Shown here in pieces: positions 45,905 through 55,910 of a DNA stretch of 64,000 bases; position 1 is the first letter of the stretch, and each line of letters begins with the position of its first letter. The position numbers were made by a program, and so were the translations under genes. The notes under the pieces are model-generated. The model was not told the origin of the DNA, ran no database searches, and saw only the letters and a list, made by a program, of their open reading frames with translations. This DNA comes from an uncultured virus (IMG/VR IMGVR_UViG_3300046523_000170) (Duplodnaviria > Heunggongvirae > Uroviricota > Caudoviricetes): IMG/VR virus record IMGVR_UViG_3300046523_000170. One strand, 5' to 3'.

Positions 45905-46136
45905 AGCTTGCCTCCGTAAAATTGTCATTTGGAAATGATAATTTAGCATAAAGACATTTCTTTTTGGTAAACATAAAAGGGGTGGTTAAGTCGACCACCC
46001 CTTTTGCGTTCTATGGTTGGGTCGGGCCCGGTCCGGCGCGGCATGGGTAGAAAGCGAGAGCTCTCTTCGGAGGGCTTTTCGTGTTCACTGTTTGCACTGC
46101 GGTAATATATTCGCTCTTTCACCCTAGGAGGGAGCG

Positions 46137-46481
46137 ATGAAACGCCTGTTATGGATCGGTTTGGCCTTCGTGTCGTGCGGAGTTATGGCGCAAGGGAATC
46201 CCTGCAAGGAGCCAGAGTACCTCTTCATCAAGAGTGCTAGTAAAGCAGAGATGCGAGATGAGTATTGCTCGTTGACCCGGCACGCACAAAGCAATGACAA
46301 GTCCCATCAAATTACACAGGACTCGATCGCGAGGAAGCGGGGGAAGCATCTAGATACCTCGAATGAACGCGAGGTAAGCATGAGCGAACTGAAAGCGGCA
46401 ACCTCTTGCAAGGTGGCTGCGGGAGCAATCGCAGACGCGTTATCGCGGCGCTTCAAGAGCAAGCCACCACCGTGTAACTAA
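46137..46481 (+). CDS. Exported Cys-containing moron protein
   Basis: AGGAGG RBS, signal peptide, own upstream AT-rich region and downstream hairpins. Confidence 0.7.
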   Translation: MKRLLWIGLAFVSCGVMAQGNPCKEPEYLFIKSASKAEMRDEYCSLTRHAQSNDKSHQITQDSIARKRGKHLDTSNEREVSMSELKAATSCKVAAGAIADALSRRFKSKPPPCN

Positions 46482-46557
46482 AACAGAATTCGATAAGCCA
46501 GCCTAGAGCTGGCTTTTTGTTGGGCGCCTTCGGGTGCCCTTTTTTTTGGACGGATGA

Positions 46558-49500
46558 ATGAGCGAGATCACCAATACCGCAACGATTCGAGTCGTCGCTG
46601 ACGCCAGCGGAGTTGAGGCTGGCTTGCGGCCGGCTGTCGATGCTGCCCAGCGCGCGGGACAGGCCGTGGCGCAGGTCGGCGCTGGCGCGACGGCGTCGGC
46701 TCGGAATGTCGAAAGCGCACAACGCAGCATCATCGGCTCGATTCAGCGCACTACGGCGGCAATGGAGTCAGGTGGTCGCCAGAGCGCAGCCTATTACGAA
46801 GTGATGGCGCGCCAGCGTGGGGTCGACCCTGCAGCACTCCGCCCGTACTTGGACCAGCTGCGCGCCGTCGAACAGGCTCAGGCTCGCACGGCGGTTTCGG
46901 CTGGAGCGTCGGCAGGGCAGATTGCCGCTGCCATGCGTCAGGTTCCAGCCCAGGTAACGGATATAGTCACCTCGCTGCAAGGCGGTCAAGCCCCACTCAC
47001 GGTGTTCCTGCAGCAGGGGGGGCAGCTGCGCGATAGCTTCGGCAGCGCAGGTACTGCCGCGCGCGCACTTGGCGGGTATGTTCTTGGGCTTATCAATCCC
47101 TATACTGTTGCCGCGGCAGCCGCCGGCGTCCTTGCGCTGGCTTACAAGTCAGGCGCCGACGAGTCGGCACGCTTCGAGCGCTCCATCATCTTGAGTGGCA
47201 ATGCGGCAGGCGTGACATCGGGGCGCCTCACAGACATGGCGCGGACCGTTGCCGCCATTTCCGGCTCCCGCGACGCCGCTGACGCGGTGGCTGCGCTGGT
47301 GGAGACTGCCCAGGTACCGGCCGACAGCCTACAGAAGTTCGCCATCGTGGCGATCGGCGCGCAGCAGATCCTCGGACGCGCCGTCGAGGACACCGTCGGC
47401 GAGTTCGAAAAGCTCGGCAAGTCGCCACTGCAGGCCCTGAACGCGATCGACGAGAAGTACCACTTCATTGACGCTAGCACCCTCCGGGTGGTGAAGGCGC
47501 TGCAGGACCAGGGCGAGATGACGCGTGCTGCAGATGTGGCGCAACAGGCTTACGCGAACGGCGTTCAAGAGCAGAAGGATAAGGTTCTTGCCACGCTCAA
47601 CAGCTGGGAAAAGGCTTGGCTGGGCCTGAAGATGTACGCGTCGGATGCAGCAAATGCCGCGATCAATTTTGCGGGAGGTCGCGAGAAATCGAGTTCCGAC
47701 AAGATCGATGATCTTCTCGACGAGCGAAAAGCGCTTGAAGCAAATCTAGATCGCGCGAAGAAGCGTAACCTCGCCGCCGACGTGGCCTCCTATCAGGCTG
47801 AGCTGGACGCCAACGAGCGTTCGATCAACGCCCTCCGCAATAAGACTGCAGCCCAGAACGACCAGGCCAAGGCAGCAGCCGCAGCGCAGAAGGTCGACGA
47901 CGCGCAGAAGGAGTGGGACAAACAGTCAGACAAGTTCCTAAATCGCGAGGCACAACAGCGCCGCGACATCGCGGCTGCAATTCAGCTTGGCAAAGAAGCA
48001 CACCTTGACTCGGCAGTCGTGGAAAAGCGAGTCGCGGATATCCGCAAATCCTATTCGGACCTGTACAACGCCGGCATCGATTCGAACATCGCTGCTCTCA
48101 AGCGGCGCGACCAAGTTGAAGACGTGCTCGCGCAGCGCCGGATTGCTCGAATTGCGACTCAGCGAAACATTGGCGATATCAGCGAAGAGCAGTCGATCAA
48201 CGACACCGCGAAGGAAGAGCTCGCGAAGATTGATCGCGAAATCCGGTCCAAGCAGGCGGAGCTGGACCAAGTCAAGAAGAAATTTAACTCCGGCAAGGAC
48301 CAGGCTGACAAAGAGGGTGAAATTCAGGCGCTCCGAGGGCAGCGCTCGAACCGCGAAGAGAAGCAAACAAACGACCTTATCGAGCTTCAAGATCGCCGCC
48401 GCCAAAGTTCTGAGGCGCTTTACAAGACTGGTATCGTCGGCGCCACGGCGGAACTAAATAGCATCATTGCTCAAACCGAGGCTCAGTTCGAGGCAAACCA
48501 AGCGATTGGCTTGAGCACGAAGCAGGTCGCTGAGTTGCAGGCGGCCCGGATGTACAACGTAGCCGCGCGGAAGGAAGAGACTGCAGCCGATCTTGAGGCG
48601 GTGGAGCCCGGCAATAAGCTGGCGAAAATCTACCGCGATCAGGCGCAGCAAATGCGTGATCTCGCTGATGCCAAGGTTCGTGGGGCGGCAAAGCAAGAGC
48701 TTTACGACAAACCTCTGCAAGACCTGAACGCGATGGTCGACATTCTTGGCGCCCTCGATGAGGCTGCGCAGTCGGCAGCGCAAGGCATGGCCAGCGCATT
48801 CGGTAGCGTTGGTTCTGCTATCGGTGGCATGACCACGGCGCTAACCGGTTACGAGCGCACTCAAGCAGCAATCGCTGCGCAGCTGGCGGGCTCCATCAAG
48901 GATGCGCATGGCGACCCCGCCAAGATCCAGCGTGCAAACCAGATGGCGGCCGAGGCTTCCGCTCAAGCTCAGATCAAGAGCTACGGCGACATGGCCAGCG
49001 CAGCTAAGGGCTTCTTCGATAAAAACTCGAAGGGCTACCAAGTTCTGCAAGGTGTCGAGAAGGCCTATCGGGCTGCTGAGATGGTGATGGCCATCGAGTC
49101 GATGACGAAGAAGATCTTCTTCAAAGAGACCGAGGTGGCAGCGAATGCTGCGTTGAATGCGGCGAAGCTGTCCGGCGAGGCTACGGCTTCCGCCGCATCA
49201 ACTGGCCTGGCTGCGACTGAGGCGAGCGCTTGGGGTGTGACCGCGGTAGTGAAGGCGATCGCCTCAATGCCATTCCCGCTGAACCTGGCTGCGGGTGCTG
49301 CTACCCTTGCTGCCGTCGTTGGCATCGGCGCCAAGATAATGGGCAGTGTTGGCGGCGCCGGCGTCGGCATGTCAGAGGATCGCCAGAAGAAGCAGGGTAC
49401 CGGGTCGGTGCTGGGCGACGGCGACGCGAAGTCAGAGTCGATCAAGAACGCGCTCGATGCGGTCGAGAAGAATACCTACCAGGGCCTTTCGATCAACTAC

Positions 49501-51870
49501 AACATGCTGGCCTCCCTGCGCAGCATCGATACGAATATCGGCAGCTTCGCGAGCCAGCTGGTACGGTCGACCGACGTCACCGGGAAGTATGCGGCGACAA
49601 CAAACTCGTTCGGCGGCGGCTTCCTCGGCAACGTGATGAGCAGCATCTTCGGCGGGAAGACCTCGGTGGCAGACACCGGCTTCACGCTGAGTCCAACGTC
49701 GTTGGCTGATGCGCTAGCTAAGGGCGTGAGCGGTATGCAGTACGCCGACATGCACAAGTCAGGTGGTTGGTTCAGTAGCGGTAAAGATTGGACGGACTCG
49801 AAGTCGCTTGGCGCTGCGGCAAACACTCAGTTCGCTGCCGTCATTAAGTCCCTGGCGGGTAGCGTCAAGACTGCTGGTGAGCTGCTTGGACTTTCGGGCG
49901 ACGACTTCGCCAACAAGCTGAATAGCTTCGTAATCGACATCGGCAAGGTCAGCCTGAAGGATTTGAAGGGCGACGATCTGCAAAAAGCAGTGGAGTCGAT
50001 CTTCTCGAAGCTCGGCGACGACTTGGCGCAGTTTGCCGTAGGCGGCCTGCAGGATTTGCAGCAGGTCGGCGAGGGTTACCTCGAGACCCTGGCCCGCATT
50101 GGGTCCGAATACCAGACGATCGACATTGTGTTCCAGTCGTTTGGCAAGACATTCGGCGAGGTCGGCGTAGCTTCTGCTGGCGCGCGCGACCGCCTGGTGC
50201 AGCTGGCCGGTGGGCTGGATAAGTTTACCAGTCAGGGCGAGTACTTCCTGACCAATTTCTTCAGCGAACAGGAGCAGGCCGCAGCGCTGAAGTCTCGCAT
50301 CGACCCAACGCTGGCACAGTATGGCCTATCGTCCTCGGGTGAGAACGCGATAAAGGTGTTCCAAGATTTTGTCGTCTGCCTGGACACCACGACTGAGGCA
50401 GGTGCAAAAGCCTACACCGAATTGATGTCGATCGCACCGGCATTTAAAACGGTTGTCGATGCGCAGCGGGGAGCCACCAGGGACCTGCTGGACATCCAAG
50501 CGCAGACCTACAAGCTGCTAAACGACAAGGTGGGCGAAGCGACGGTGCTGGAGAGGCAGCATGCTCTTGCCTTGGCTGACCTGAGCCCTGCAATGAGGGC
50601 CGCAACCCAGAAACTTTGGGATCTGCAAGCCGCGGCAGATGCAATCGATAAGGTCAAGAGCGATGGCTCTGCCCTGCTTAACAACGTCGACAATGCCTAC
50701 TCAGTGCTGCAGGGGATAGTCGGTCGCGAGAAGGATCTGCTGCAGAAGCGCATCGACAAGGAGACTGAGGCGGTCAACCGGCTGAAGGGGCTCACGGATT
50801 CGATCGCCAGCACCCTGGATAGCTTCAAAGTGCCGGGAACTGAGCTATCTCGACGTCAAGCGGCTCAGGCAGAAATTCGCGCCAACCTAGCCATAACGAA
50901 GGCCGGTGGTTCGCTTTCCGATGATCAGGTGGCGTCGCTGAAAAAAGCCCTTAGCGTAGTGACGGAGGACGTGTCGAGCCAGTTCAGGTCATACCAGGAT
51001 TACTTGCGCGACCTGTACCAGACCAAGAACGACATTGCTGCACTCGGGTCCGTCACTGGCGACCAGCTGGATACGCAGCAAGCGCAGCTCGACTTGGACA
51101 AAAAGCAGGTCGAGCAGTACGACCTGATGCTGACCAAGGCCCAAGAGCAGGTCAATGTGCTCAAGGGAATCAGCACGACAGGGCTAAATATCGAGCAAGC
51201 GCTCAAAGGGGTGGGGACTGCGATCCTTGCGGCTAAAGGAAATTCGTCTGTCGCTGGTGTGTCAGCTATTGCGGCGACGTATCAGTCTGCACTTGGTCGT
51301 GCTCCTGACGCTGCCGGGCTGGACTACTGGCAGAACATTGCGGCAGGTGGCACGCCGCTGTCGACCATCACTGACGCGATCTCCAATTCGGCAGAGGCAC
51401 AGGTACAAAAGCTGTACCACGATCTGTTAGGGCGTACGGCAGACGCAGCTGGGCTCGATTACTGGCTGAAGTCTGGCGCTTCAATGGAAACGATCAAGTC
51501 CAGGTTCGTGGACTCGGATGAGTACAAGAAGCTGCACCCATTCGCCGTCGGCACGAACTTTGTGCCGGAGACGATGCCGGCGCTTGTCCACCAGGGTGAG
51601 CGAATCATCCCGGCAGCGGATAACCGGGCGCTGATGTCTGTTCGCGCGCGCGCGGGGTCTGGTGGCAATGAAGCTTTAGTTGCCGAGATTCGGGCGCTGC
51701 GTACTGAGGTTGCCGAGCTGAAAAGTGCGGCGAGCAGAACGGCCGACGCAACGGAAAAGACTGCCGGTAGTACCGGACAGCTTGCCGAGCAAGTCGATAA
51801 CGTTACGGATGGTGGTAACGCAATGCGTGCCGATGTGTTTGGCATCGTGAGGACGAAGGAGGTTGCGTGA
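46558..51870 (+). CDS. Tail tape measure protein with C-terminal DUF4214-like repeats
   Basis: QVPAQVTDIVTSLQGGQAPLTVFLQQGGQLRD, long helical body, FAVGTNFVP..LVHQGERIIP. Confidence 0.95.
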   Translation: MSEITNTATIRVVADASGVEAGLRPAVDAAQRAGQAVAQVGAGATASARNVESAQRSIIGSIQRTTAAMESGGRQSAAYYEVMARQRGVDPAALRPYLDQLRAVEQAQARTAVSAGASAGQIAAAMRQVPAQVTDIVTSLQGGQAPLTVFLQQGGQLRDSFGSAGTAARALGGYVLGLINPYTVAAAAAGVLALAYKSGADESARFERSIILSGNAAGVTSGRLTDMARTVAAISGSRDAADAVAALVETAQVPADSLQKFAIVAIGAQQILGRAVEDTVGEFEKLGKSPLQALNAIDEKYHFIDASTLRVVKALQDQGEMTRAADVAQQAYANGVQEQKDKVLATLNSWEKAWLGLKMYASDAANAAINFAGGREKSSSDKIDDLLDERKALEANLDRAKKRNLAADVASYQAELDANERSINALRNKTAAQNDQAKAAAAAQKVDDAQKEWDKQSDKFLNREAQQRRDIAAAIQLGKEAHLDSAVVEKRVADIRKSYSDLYNAGIDSNIAALKRRDQVEDVLAQRRIARIATQRNIGDISEEQSINDTAKEELAKIDREIRSKQAELDQVKKKFNSGKDQADKEGEIQALRGQRSNREEKQTNDLIELQDRRRQSSEALYKTGIVGATAELNSIIAQTEAQFEANQAIGLSTKQVAELQAARMYNVAARKEETAADLEAVEPGNKLAKIYRDQAQQMRDLADAKVRGAAKQELYDKPLQDLNAMVDILGALDEAAQSAAQGMASAFGSVGSAIGGMTTALTGYERTQAAIAAQLAGSIKDAHGDPAKIQRANQMAAEASAQAQIKSYGDMASAAKGFFDKNSKGYQVLQGVEKAYRAAEMVMAIESMTKKIFFKETEVAANAALNAAKLSGEATASAASTGLAATEASAWGVTAVVKAIASMPFPLNLAAGAATLAAVVGIGAKIMGSVGGAGVGMSEDRQKKQGTGSVLGDGDAKSESIKNALDAVEKNTYQGLSINYNMLASLRSIDTNIGSFASQLVRSTDVTGKYAATTNSFGGGFLGNVMSSIFGGKTSVADTGFTLSPTSLADALAKGVSGMQYADMHKSGGWFSSGKDWTDSKSLGAAANTQFAAVIKSLAGSVKTAGELLGLSGDDFANKLNSFVIDIGKVSLKDLKGDDLQKAVESIFSKLGDDLAQFAVGGLQDLQQVGEGYLETLARIGSEYQTIDIVFQSFGKTFGEVGVASAGARDRLVQLAGGLDKFTSQGEYFLTNFFSEQEQAAALKSRIDPTLAQYGLSSSGENAIKVFQDFVVCLDTTTEAGAKAYTELMSIAPAFKTVVDAQRGATRDLLDIQAQTYKLLNDKVGEATVLERQHALALADLSPAMRAATQKLWDLQAAADAIDKVKSDGSALLNNVDNAYSVLQGIVGREKDLLQKRIDKETEAVNRLKGLTDSIASTLDSFKVPGTELSRRQAAQAEIRANLAITKAGGSLSDDQVASLKKALSVVTEDVSSQFRSYQDYLRDLYQTKNDIAALGSVTGDQLDTQQAQLDLDKKQVEQYDLMLTKAQEQVNVLKGISTTGLNIEQALKGVGTAILAAKGNSSVAGVSAIAATYQSALGRAPDAAGLDYWQNIAAGGTPLSTITDAISNSAEAQVQKLYHDLLGRTADAAGLDYWLKSGASMETIKSRFVDSDEYKKLHPFAVGTNFVPETMPALVHQGERIIPAADNRALMSVRARAGSGGNEALVAEIRALRTEVAELKSAASRTADATEKTAGSTGQLAEQVDNVTDGGNAMRADVFGIVRTKEVA

Positions 51871-52802
51871 CGACTAGTGCAAGGGTGATGGTTCCGGTTG
51901 ATGTCACAGCCAACATGATCATGGCTGGGACATCGATCCCCGAACCTGACGTGGCGAACGGCGAAGTTGCATGGGTTTCCGGTGCCAGCTACTCAATCAA
52001 CGACGAGCGTACATACAACGGCTCCGTGTGGGGATGTACTGCAACCCATTCGGGCCGTTCCACCGCGCCGGATATCGACAGCAACTACTGGTACCGGGTG
52101 GGGCCGACAAACCGCATGGCACCGTTCGACGACTACTCGAATACGAAGGTGGTTGCCACTGGCTCAATGACTTACGTGGTGAAGCCCGGGTTCTTCAACG
52201 GGGTGTCGGTCTACGGCGCTGAGGGCTCAAGCTACAACATCGCGGTTCGTGACGGCTCAAGTGGTCCAGTAATGCGCTCTTGGTCGGGTGACTTGTACAG
52301 CCAGGCGGCCGGGTTCTATGAGCTCCTCTTTTCGCCATTAACCAAGACTGACCAGATCTCGTTCGATGATGTTCCCCTATCCCCGGATGCTGAGGTGACG
52401 ATCACCATCACCGCAGGGCCCGGGGGAAGAGTGGCGATCGGGACGATTAAGTTTGGTGATTGGCGCCAGTTCATCGGAGACGGAGTCTTCGGGGGAACGC
52501 AGTACGGCGCCGAATCCAACCGGAAGAGCCGGACGCTGAGGGAATACAACTTTGACGGCACTTACAAGATAACGCGCCGCGCGACGAGCCGCGATGTCAG
52601 TTGCAGCATCGTTATTAGTGCTGAACAAGCTATGAGCGCTGATGCCATCTTGGGCGAAATCATCGACACTGCGGTGCCATTCGAGGCCAGCGGCTTGCCG
52701 CAGTACGGATACCTGAACACCCTTGGATTTGTTACGGGAAGCATTCGCGCGGATAGCTCCGGTACGACTTCGATCAACTTGAAAGTGGAAGGCAATATCT
52801 GA
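51867..52802 (+). CDS. Tail tip protein with a small carbohydrate-binding-like insert
   Basis: Follows TMP; AWVSGASY..YWYRVGPTNRMAPFD. Confidence 0.7.
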   Translation: MTTSARVMVPVDVTANMIMAGTSIPEPDVANGEVAWVSGASYSINDERTYNGSVWGCTATHSGRSTAPDIDSNYWYRVGPTNRMAPFDDYSNTKVVATGSMTYVVKPGFFNGVSVYGAEGSSYNIAVRDGSSGPVMRSWSGDLYSQAAGFYELLFSPLTKTDQISFDDVPLSPDAEVTITITAGPGGRVAIGTIKFGDWRQFIGDGVFGGTQYGAESNRKSRTLREYNFDGTYKITRRATSRDVSCSIVISAEQAMSADAILGEIIDTAVPFEASGLPQYGYLNTLGFVTGSIRADSSGTTSINLKVEGNI

Positions 52803-53791
52803 TGGAAATTTCACCTGTTCCACCATTCCCGGCTTTGTCGGATCGTGCGACCGGCACATACAACAGCAAGGCCTTCGCTTGGGCCTCGCACATGGCCGAC
52901 ACGTTCGTGCCCGAGGCCAATGCACTTACGGCAAACCTTAACTCCATCGCCGCTGGCGGAGCGTATGCGATTCCGTATCAATTTAGCTCAGCTAACCTCT
53001 CGAACACCACGGGCATGCTGTCCATGGATAACGCGGCGGCTCAAAGCTCTACCGCAAATATCTACATCAACAGGACGCTTGCAGCCGGCACTGCTGTCGG
53101 CACAGTTCTTGACACGTTTGACGATTCAACCAGTGTCGTTAAAGGGGTCATCCGAATTCAGAAGCAAGGCGACACAAGCAAATGGCTGATGTTTGCCATA
53201 ACGGCTATGAGCGCTGCCGCGGCCTACAATCAACTCAACGTTTTATATGTTGGCGGCTCATCGGCGAATCCATTTACGCTCGGCGATGCCCTATTGCTGT
53301 ACTTCCAGCGCAACGGCGACAAGGGCGACACTGGTCCAATGGCGGTTTATCCGTATGCGAAGTTCACCGAGCAACTTGCGTCGGGGACGGCTGGCGCGTC
53401 AACCGGTACGGGGACGGCAACCAGACCGCTCAACACTGTGGCGCAGAACTCAATCTCTGGCGCGTCGTTGGCTTCATCGACGATTACCCTCCCAGCAGGA
53501 ACGTACGACTTCCGCGGGCGCGCTGGTGTAGCTGGCAATGCCAATTCGTACAACAAGTCGTACCTGCAGAACGTCACCGACAGCATCCAATTCATGGGGT
53601 CGGCCCGCTACGCAAACGTGGCGACGCAAGATAACTGCGACTCATTTTTCAGTGGTCGCTTCACGATCGCTGCAACGAAGACCTTTCAAATCCGTACTTT
53701 CGTCGGATCGGTCGCAACTACGTTCGGCGCGCCTGCCTCAGGCGGTGCTGTTGAAATCTACTCCGAAGTCGAATTCTGGAAGGTCGCCTAA
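52802..53791 (+). CDS. Tail fibre / receptor-binding protein
   Basis: Ser/Thr/Ala-rich, GDKGDTG collagen-like hinge, ITLPAGTY beta-sandwich C-terminus. Confidence 0.75.
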   Translation: MEISPVPPFPALSDRATGTYNSKAFAWASHMADTFVPEANALTANLNSIAAGGAYAIPYQFSSANLSNTTGMLSMDNAAAQSSTANIYINRTLAAGTAVGTVLDTFDDSTSVVKGVIRIQKQGDTSKWLMFAITAMSAAAAYNQLNVLYVGGSSANPFTLGDALLLYFQRNGDKGDTGPMAVYPYAKFTEQLASGTAGASTGTGTATRPLNTVAQNSISGASLASSTITLPAGTYDFRGRAGVAGNANSYNKSYLQNVTDSIQFMGSARYANVATQDNCDSFFSGRFTIAATKTFQIRTFVGSVATTFGAPASGGAVEIYSEVEFWKVA

Positions 53792-54282
53792 TGGACAGCC
53801 TCATCGAGCAGCCGGACGCGCCACAGGCCGTACGCTATGTTACCTACACCGAAGACGGCGCTCTCGACGGCTGCTACCTGCAAGCGCCGCCCGAGGAACA
53901 CGCTAGCCGCCTGATCGTCGTAGATGAAGACTTGGCGCCGGCGTGGGTTGACTACTGTGCCAACGAGGCGCGCGACGGCATCGAGCTGATGCCGCCGGTG
54001 GCGCCGGCCGATCCTGCGCCGGTTGTGCCGTCTAAGGTCACGCGGCGACAAGCCCGCCAGGCGCTGTTGCTGGACGGTCGGCTCGACGCCGTTCCAGTGG
54101 CGATCGCCGCGCTCGATGACGGCACCCCGGGCGGCAACCAGAAAATGCGCATGGCTCAGATCGAGTGGGAAGACTCGCTCGAGTTCGAGCGCGCGCGCCC
54201 GCTGGTGATCGAGATCGCGGGCGCTATCGGCCTCGATGCCGCGGCGCTGGACCAATTGTTCATCACCGCTGCGGGGCTGTGA
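53791..54282 (+). CDS. Tail fibre-associated protein
   Basis: VPSKVTRRQARQALL..IEWE..LDQLFITAA. Confidence 0.75.
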   Translation: MDSLIEQPDAPQAVRYVTYTEDGALDGCYLQAPPEEHASRLIVVDEDLAPAWVDYCANEARDGIELMPPVAPADPAPVVPSKVTRRQARQALLLDGRLDAVPVAIAALDDGTPGGNQKMRMAQIEWEDSLEFERARPLVIEIAGAIGLDAAALDQLFITAAGL

Positions 54283-54833
54283 TGCGCGGCGGCTACGTTA
54301 CCGTCCGGCTCACCAGCCGTTGGCCTTACAACCCGCTTAGCCTTGCGATCGGCATCGCGGCAGGGTCCCGCCAGTTCAGCCACGCCATCACCATCATCGG
54401 CGACCGCGCCTACGAGGCCTCGATGGCGCACGGGTGTCGCGGTGGCAGCGTCGAGGAGCTGATGGAAGGCGTCGCGGTCTATCGAGACATGTCGGTTTGG
54501 GCTCCTGACATCGATGCCGCACGGGCGTTCGCGAAGGCCCAGGTAGGGAAGGGCTACGACTGGCCCGGTGCTGTCGGCATCCCGTTCACCTATTCGGAGG
54601 ACTGGAGCGACGACAGCTGCTGGTGGTGTTCGGATCTTTCGTTTGCCATCGTCCTCGCCGGCGGCGTGCGCCTGTTCGACCCGGATGTGATGAAGCGCGC
54701 CCGGCCGATCGACCTTCACATGGCCGATTACCCAAAGGGGCCGCTCGTAGATGCGCGAAGGCCACCGCAGACACCTCCAGACCAGCCCGCCGCAGCGGGT
54801 TTTTTTACGCCCACACCGAAAGGGCCACAGTGA
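54282..54833 (+). CDS. Permuted papain-like (YiiX-type) protein
   Basis: FSHA..QVGKGYDW..WWCSDL (His before Cys). Confidence 0.75.
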   Translation: MRGGYVTVRLTSRWPYNPLSLAIGIAAGSRQFSHAITIIGDRAYEASMAHGCRGGSVEELMEGVAVYRDMSVWAPDIDAARAFAKAQVGKGYDWPGAVGIPFTYSEDWSDDSCWWCSDLSFAIVLAGGVRLFDPDVMKRARPIDLHMADYPKGPLVDARRPPQTPPDQPAAAGFFTPTPKGPQ

Positions 54834-55090
54834 GCGATCAATCCCAAGCAGAAGCGCTGGCAACGGCGCGCATCAATATCGCCGAACTGAAAATCCAGGT
54901 GAGCAACCTCACCCAGGGCATGGTGAGTCTTCAGGAGAGCAACCAGCAACTGGCCGCCAAGGTCGACCAAGTGCTGCTTGCTCTTTCGGAGGCGCGTGGC
55001 GGGTGGCGGACGCTAATGATCGTCGGCGGCGCCGCATCGTCCGTGACCGCGGCGCTCGCCTGGGTCGTCCAGCACCTACCAAAGGCCTGA
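54830..55090 (+). CDS. Coiled-coil + TM lysis-region protein
   Basis: LSEARGGWRTLMIVGG. Confidence 0.7.
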   Translation: MSDQSQAEALATARINIAELKIQVSNLTQGMVSLQESNQQLAAKVDQVLLALSEARGGWRTLMIVGGAASSVTAALAWVVQHLPKA

Positions 55091-55091
55091 C

Positions 55092-55610
55092 ATGGTGACC
55101 ATCAACCAACTCAAGCGCATTTTGCCGCTCGCCGGCATGCGCGCCGATACGTTCTGCCAACCCCTCAATCAAGCTATGGCGGAATTTGGCATCAATACCG
55201 CGGCCCGAGAGGCGGCATTCATCGCGCAGGTCGGGCACGAGTCGGGGCAGCTCCGCTATGTGCGCGAGCTGGCCTCGGGCGTCGCATACGAGGGCCGCGC
55301 TGACCTGGGCAACGTGGTCACCGGCGACGGTACGCGCTACAAGGGTCGCGGGCTCATTCAGATCACTGGCCGCGCCAACTACATGGCCTGTGGCGCAGCG
55401 CTCGGGCTCGACCTCATCAACCATCCAGAACTGCTCGAGCAGCCAGTCAACGCCTGCCGAAGCGCGGCGTGGTTCTGGAGGTCGCACGGATTGAGCGAGC
55501 TCGCGGACGCTGGCGACCAAGTCAAGATCACGCGCCGTATTAATGGTGGAACCAATGGGCTCGCCGAGCGGCTGGCTTTCTTCGAATTGGCAAGAAAGGA
55601 GTTGGCATGA
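55092..55610 (+). CDS. Endolysin, glycoside hydrolase family 19
   Basis: FIAQVGHESG, YKGRGLIQITGRANY, ITRRINGGTNGL. Confidence 0.95.
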   Translation: MVTINQLKRILPLAGMRADTFCQPLNQAMAEFGINTAAREAAFIAQVGHESGQLRYVRELASGVAYEGRADLGNVVTGDGTRYKGRGLIQITGRANYMACGAALGLDLINHPELLEQPVNACRSAAWFWRSHGLSELADAGDQVKITRRINGGTNGLAERLAFFELARKELA

Positions 55611-55804
55611 AACGACGCATCCAAATCGCACTCGAATTCGCCGCGGCGCGGCTCAGCGAGCAGTCCACCTGGCAGGGTATCGGCTTCCTCGTCGGGCTGA
55701 CGGGCGCCAAGCTCGGCGCCGGCATGGATTGGGGTATGGCTGCAGGCCTGGGCGGAATCGTATCGGCTGTGCTGAAGATGGTTTTCCCGGATCCAGTCAA
55801 ATGA
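55607..55804 (+). CDS. Putative holin
   Basis: RLSEQSTWQGI plus two hydrophobic segments. Confidence 0.7.
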   Translation: MKRRIQIALEFAAARLSEQSTWQGIGFLVGLTGAKLGAGMDWGMAAGLGGIVSAVLKMVFPDPVK

Positions 55805-55910
55805 GCGTCACCTGCGCTTTCTTCCTTGGCGCCTGCATGGGCGGACTCGTCGCCGGAGTCGTCATCATCTATGCCATCGCGACCCTGATGCCTGAACACA
55901 GGTGGCTCAA

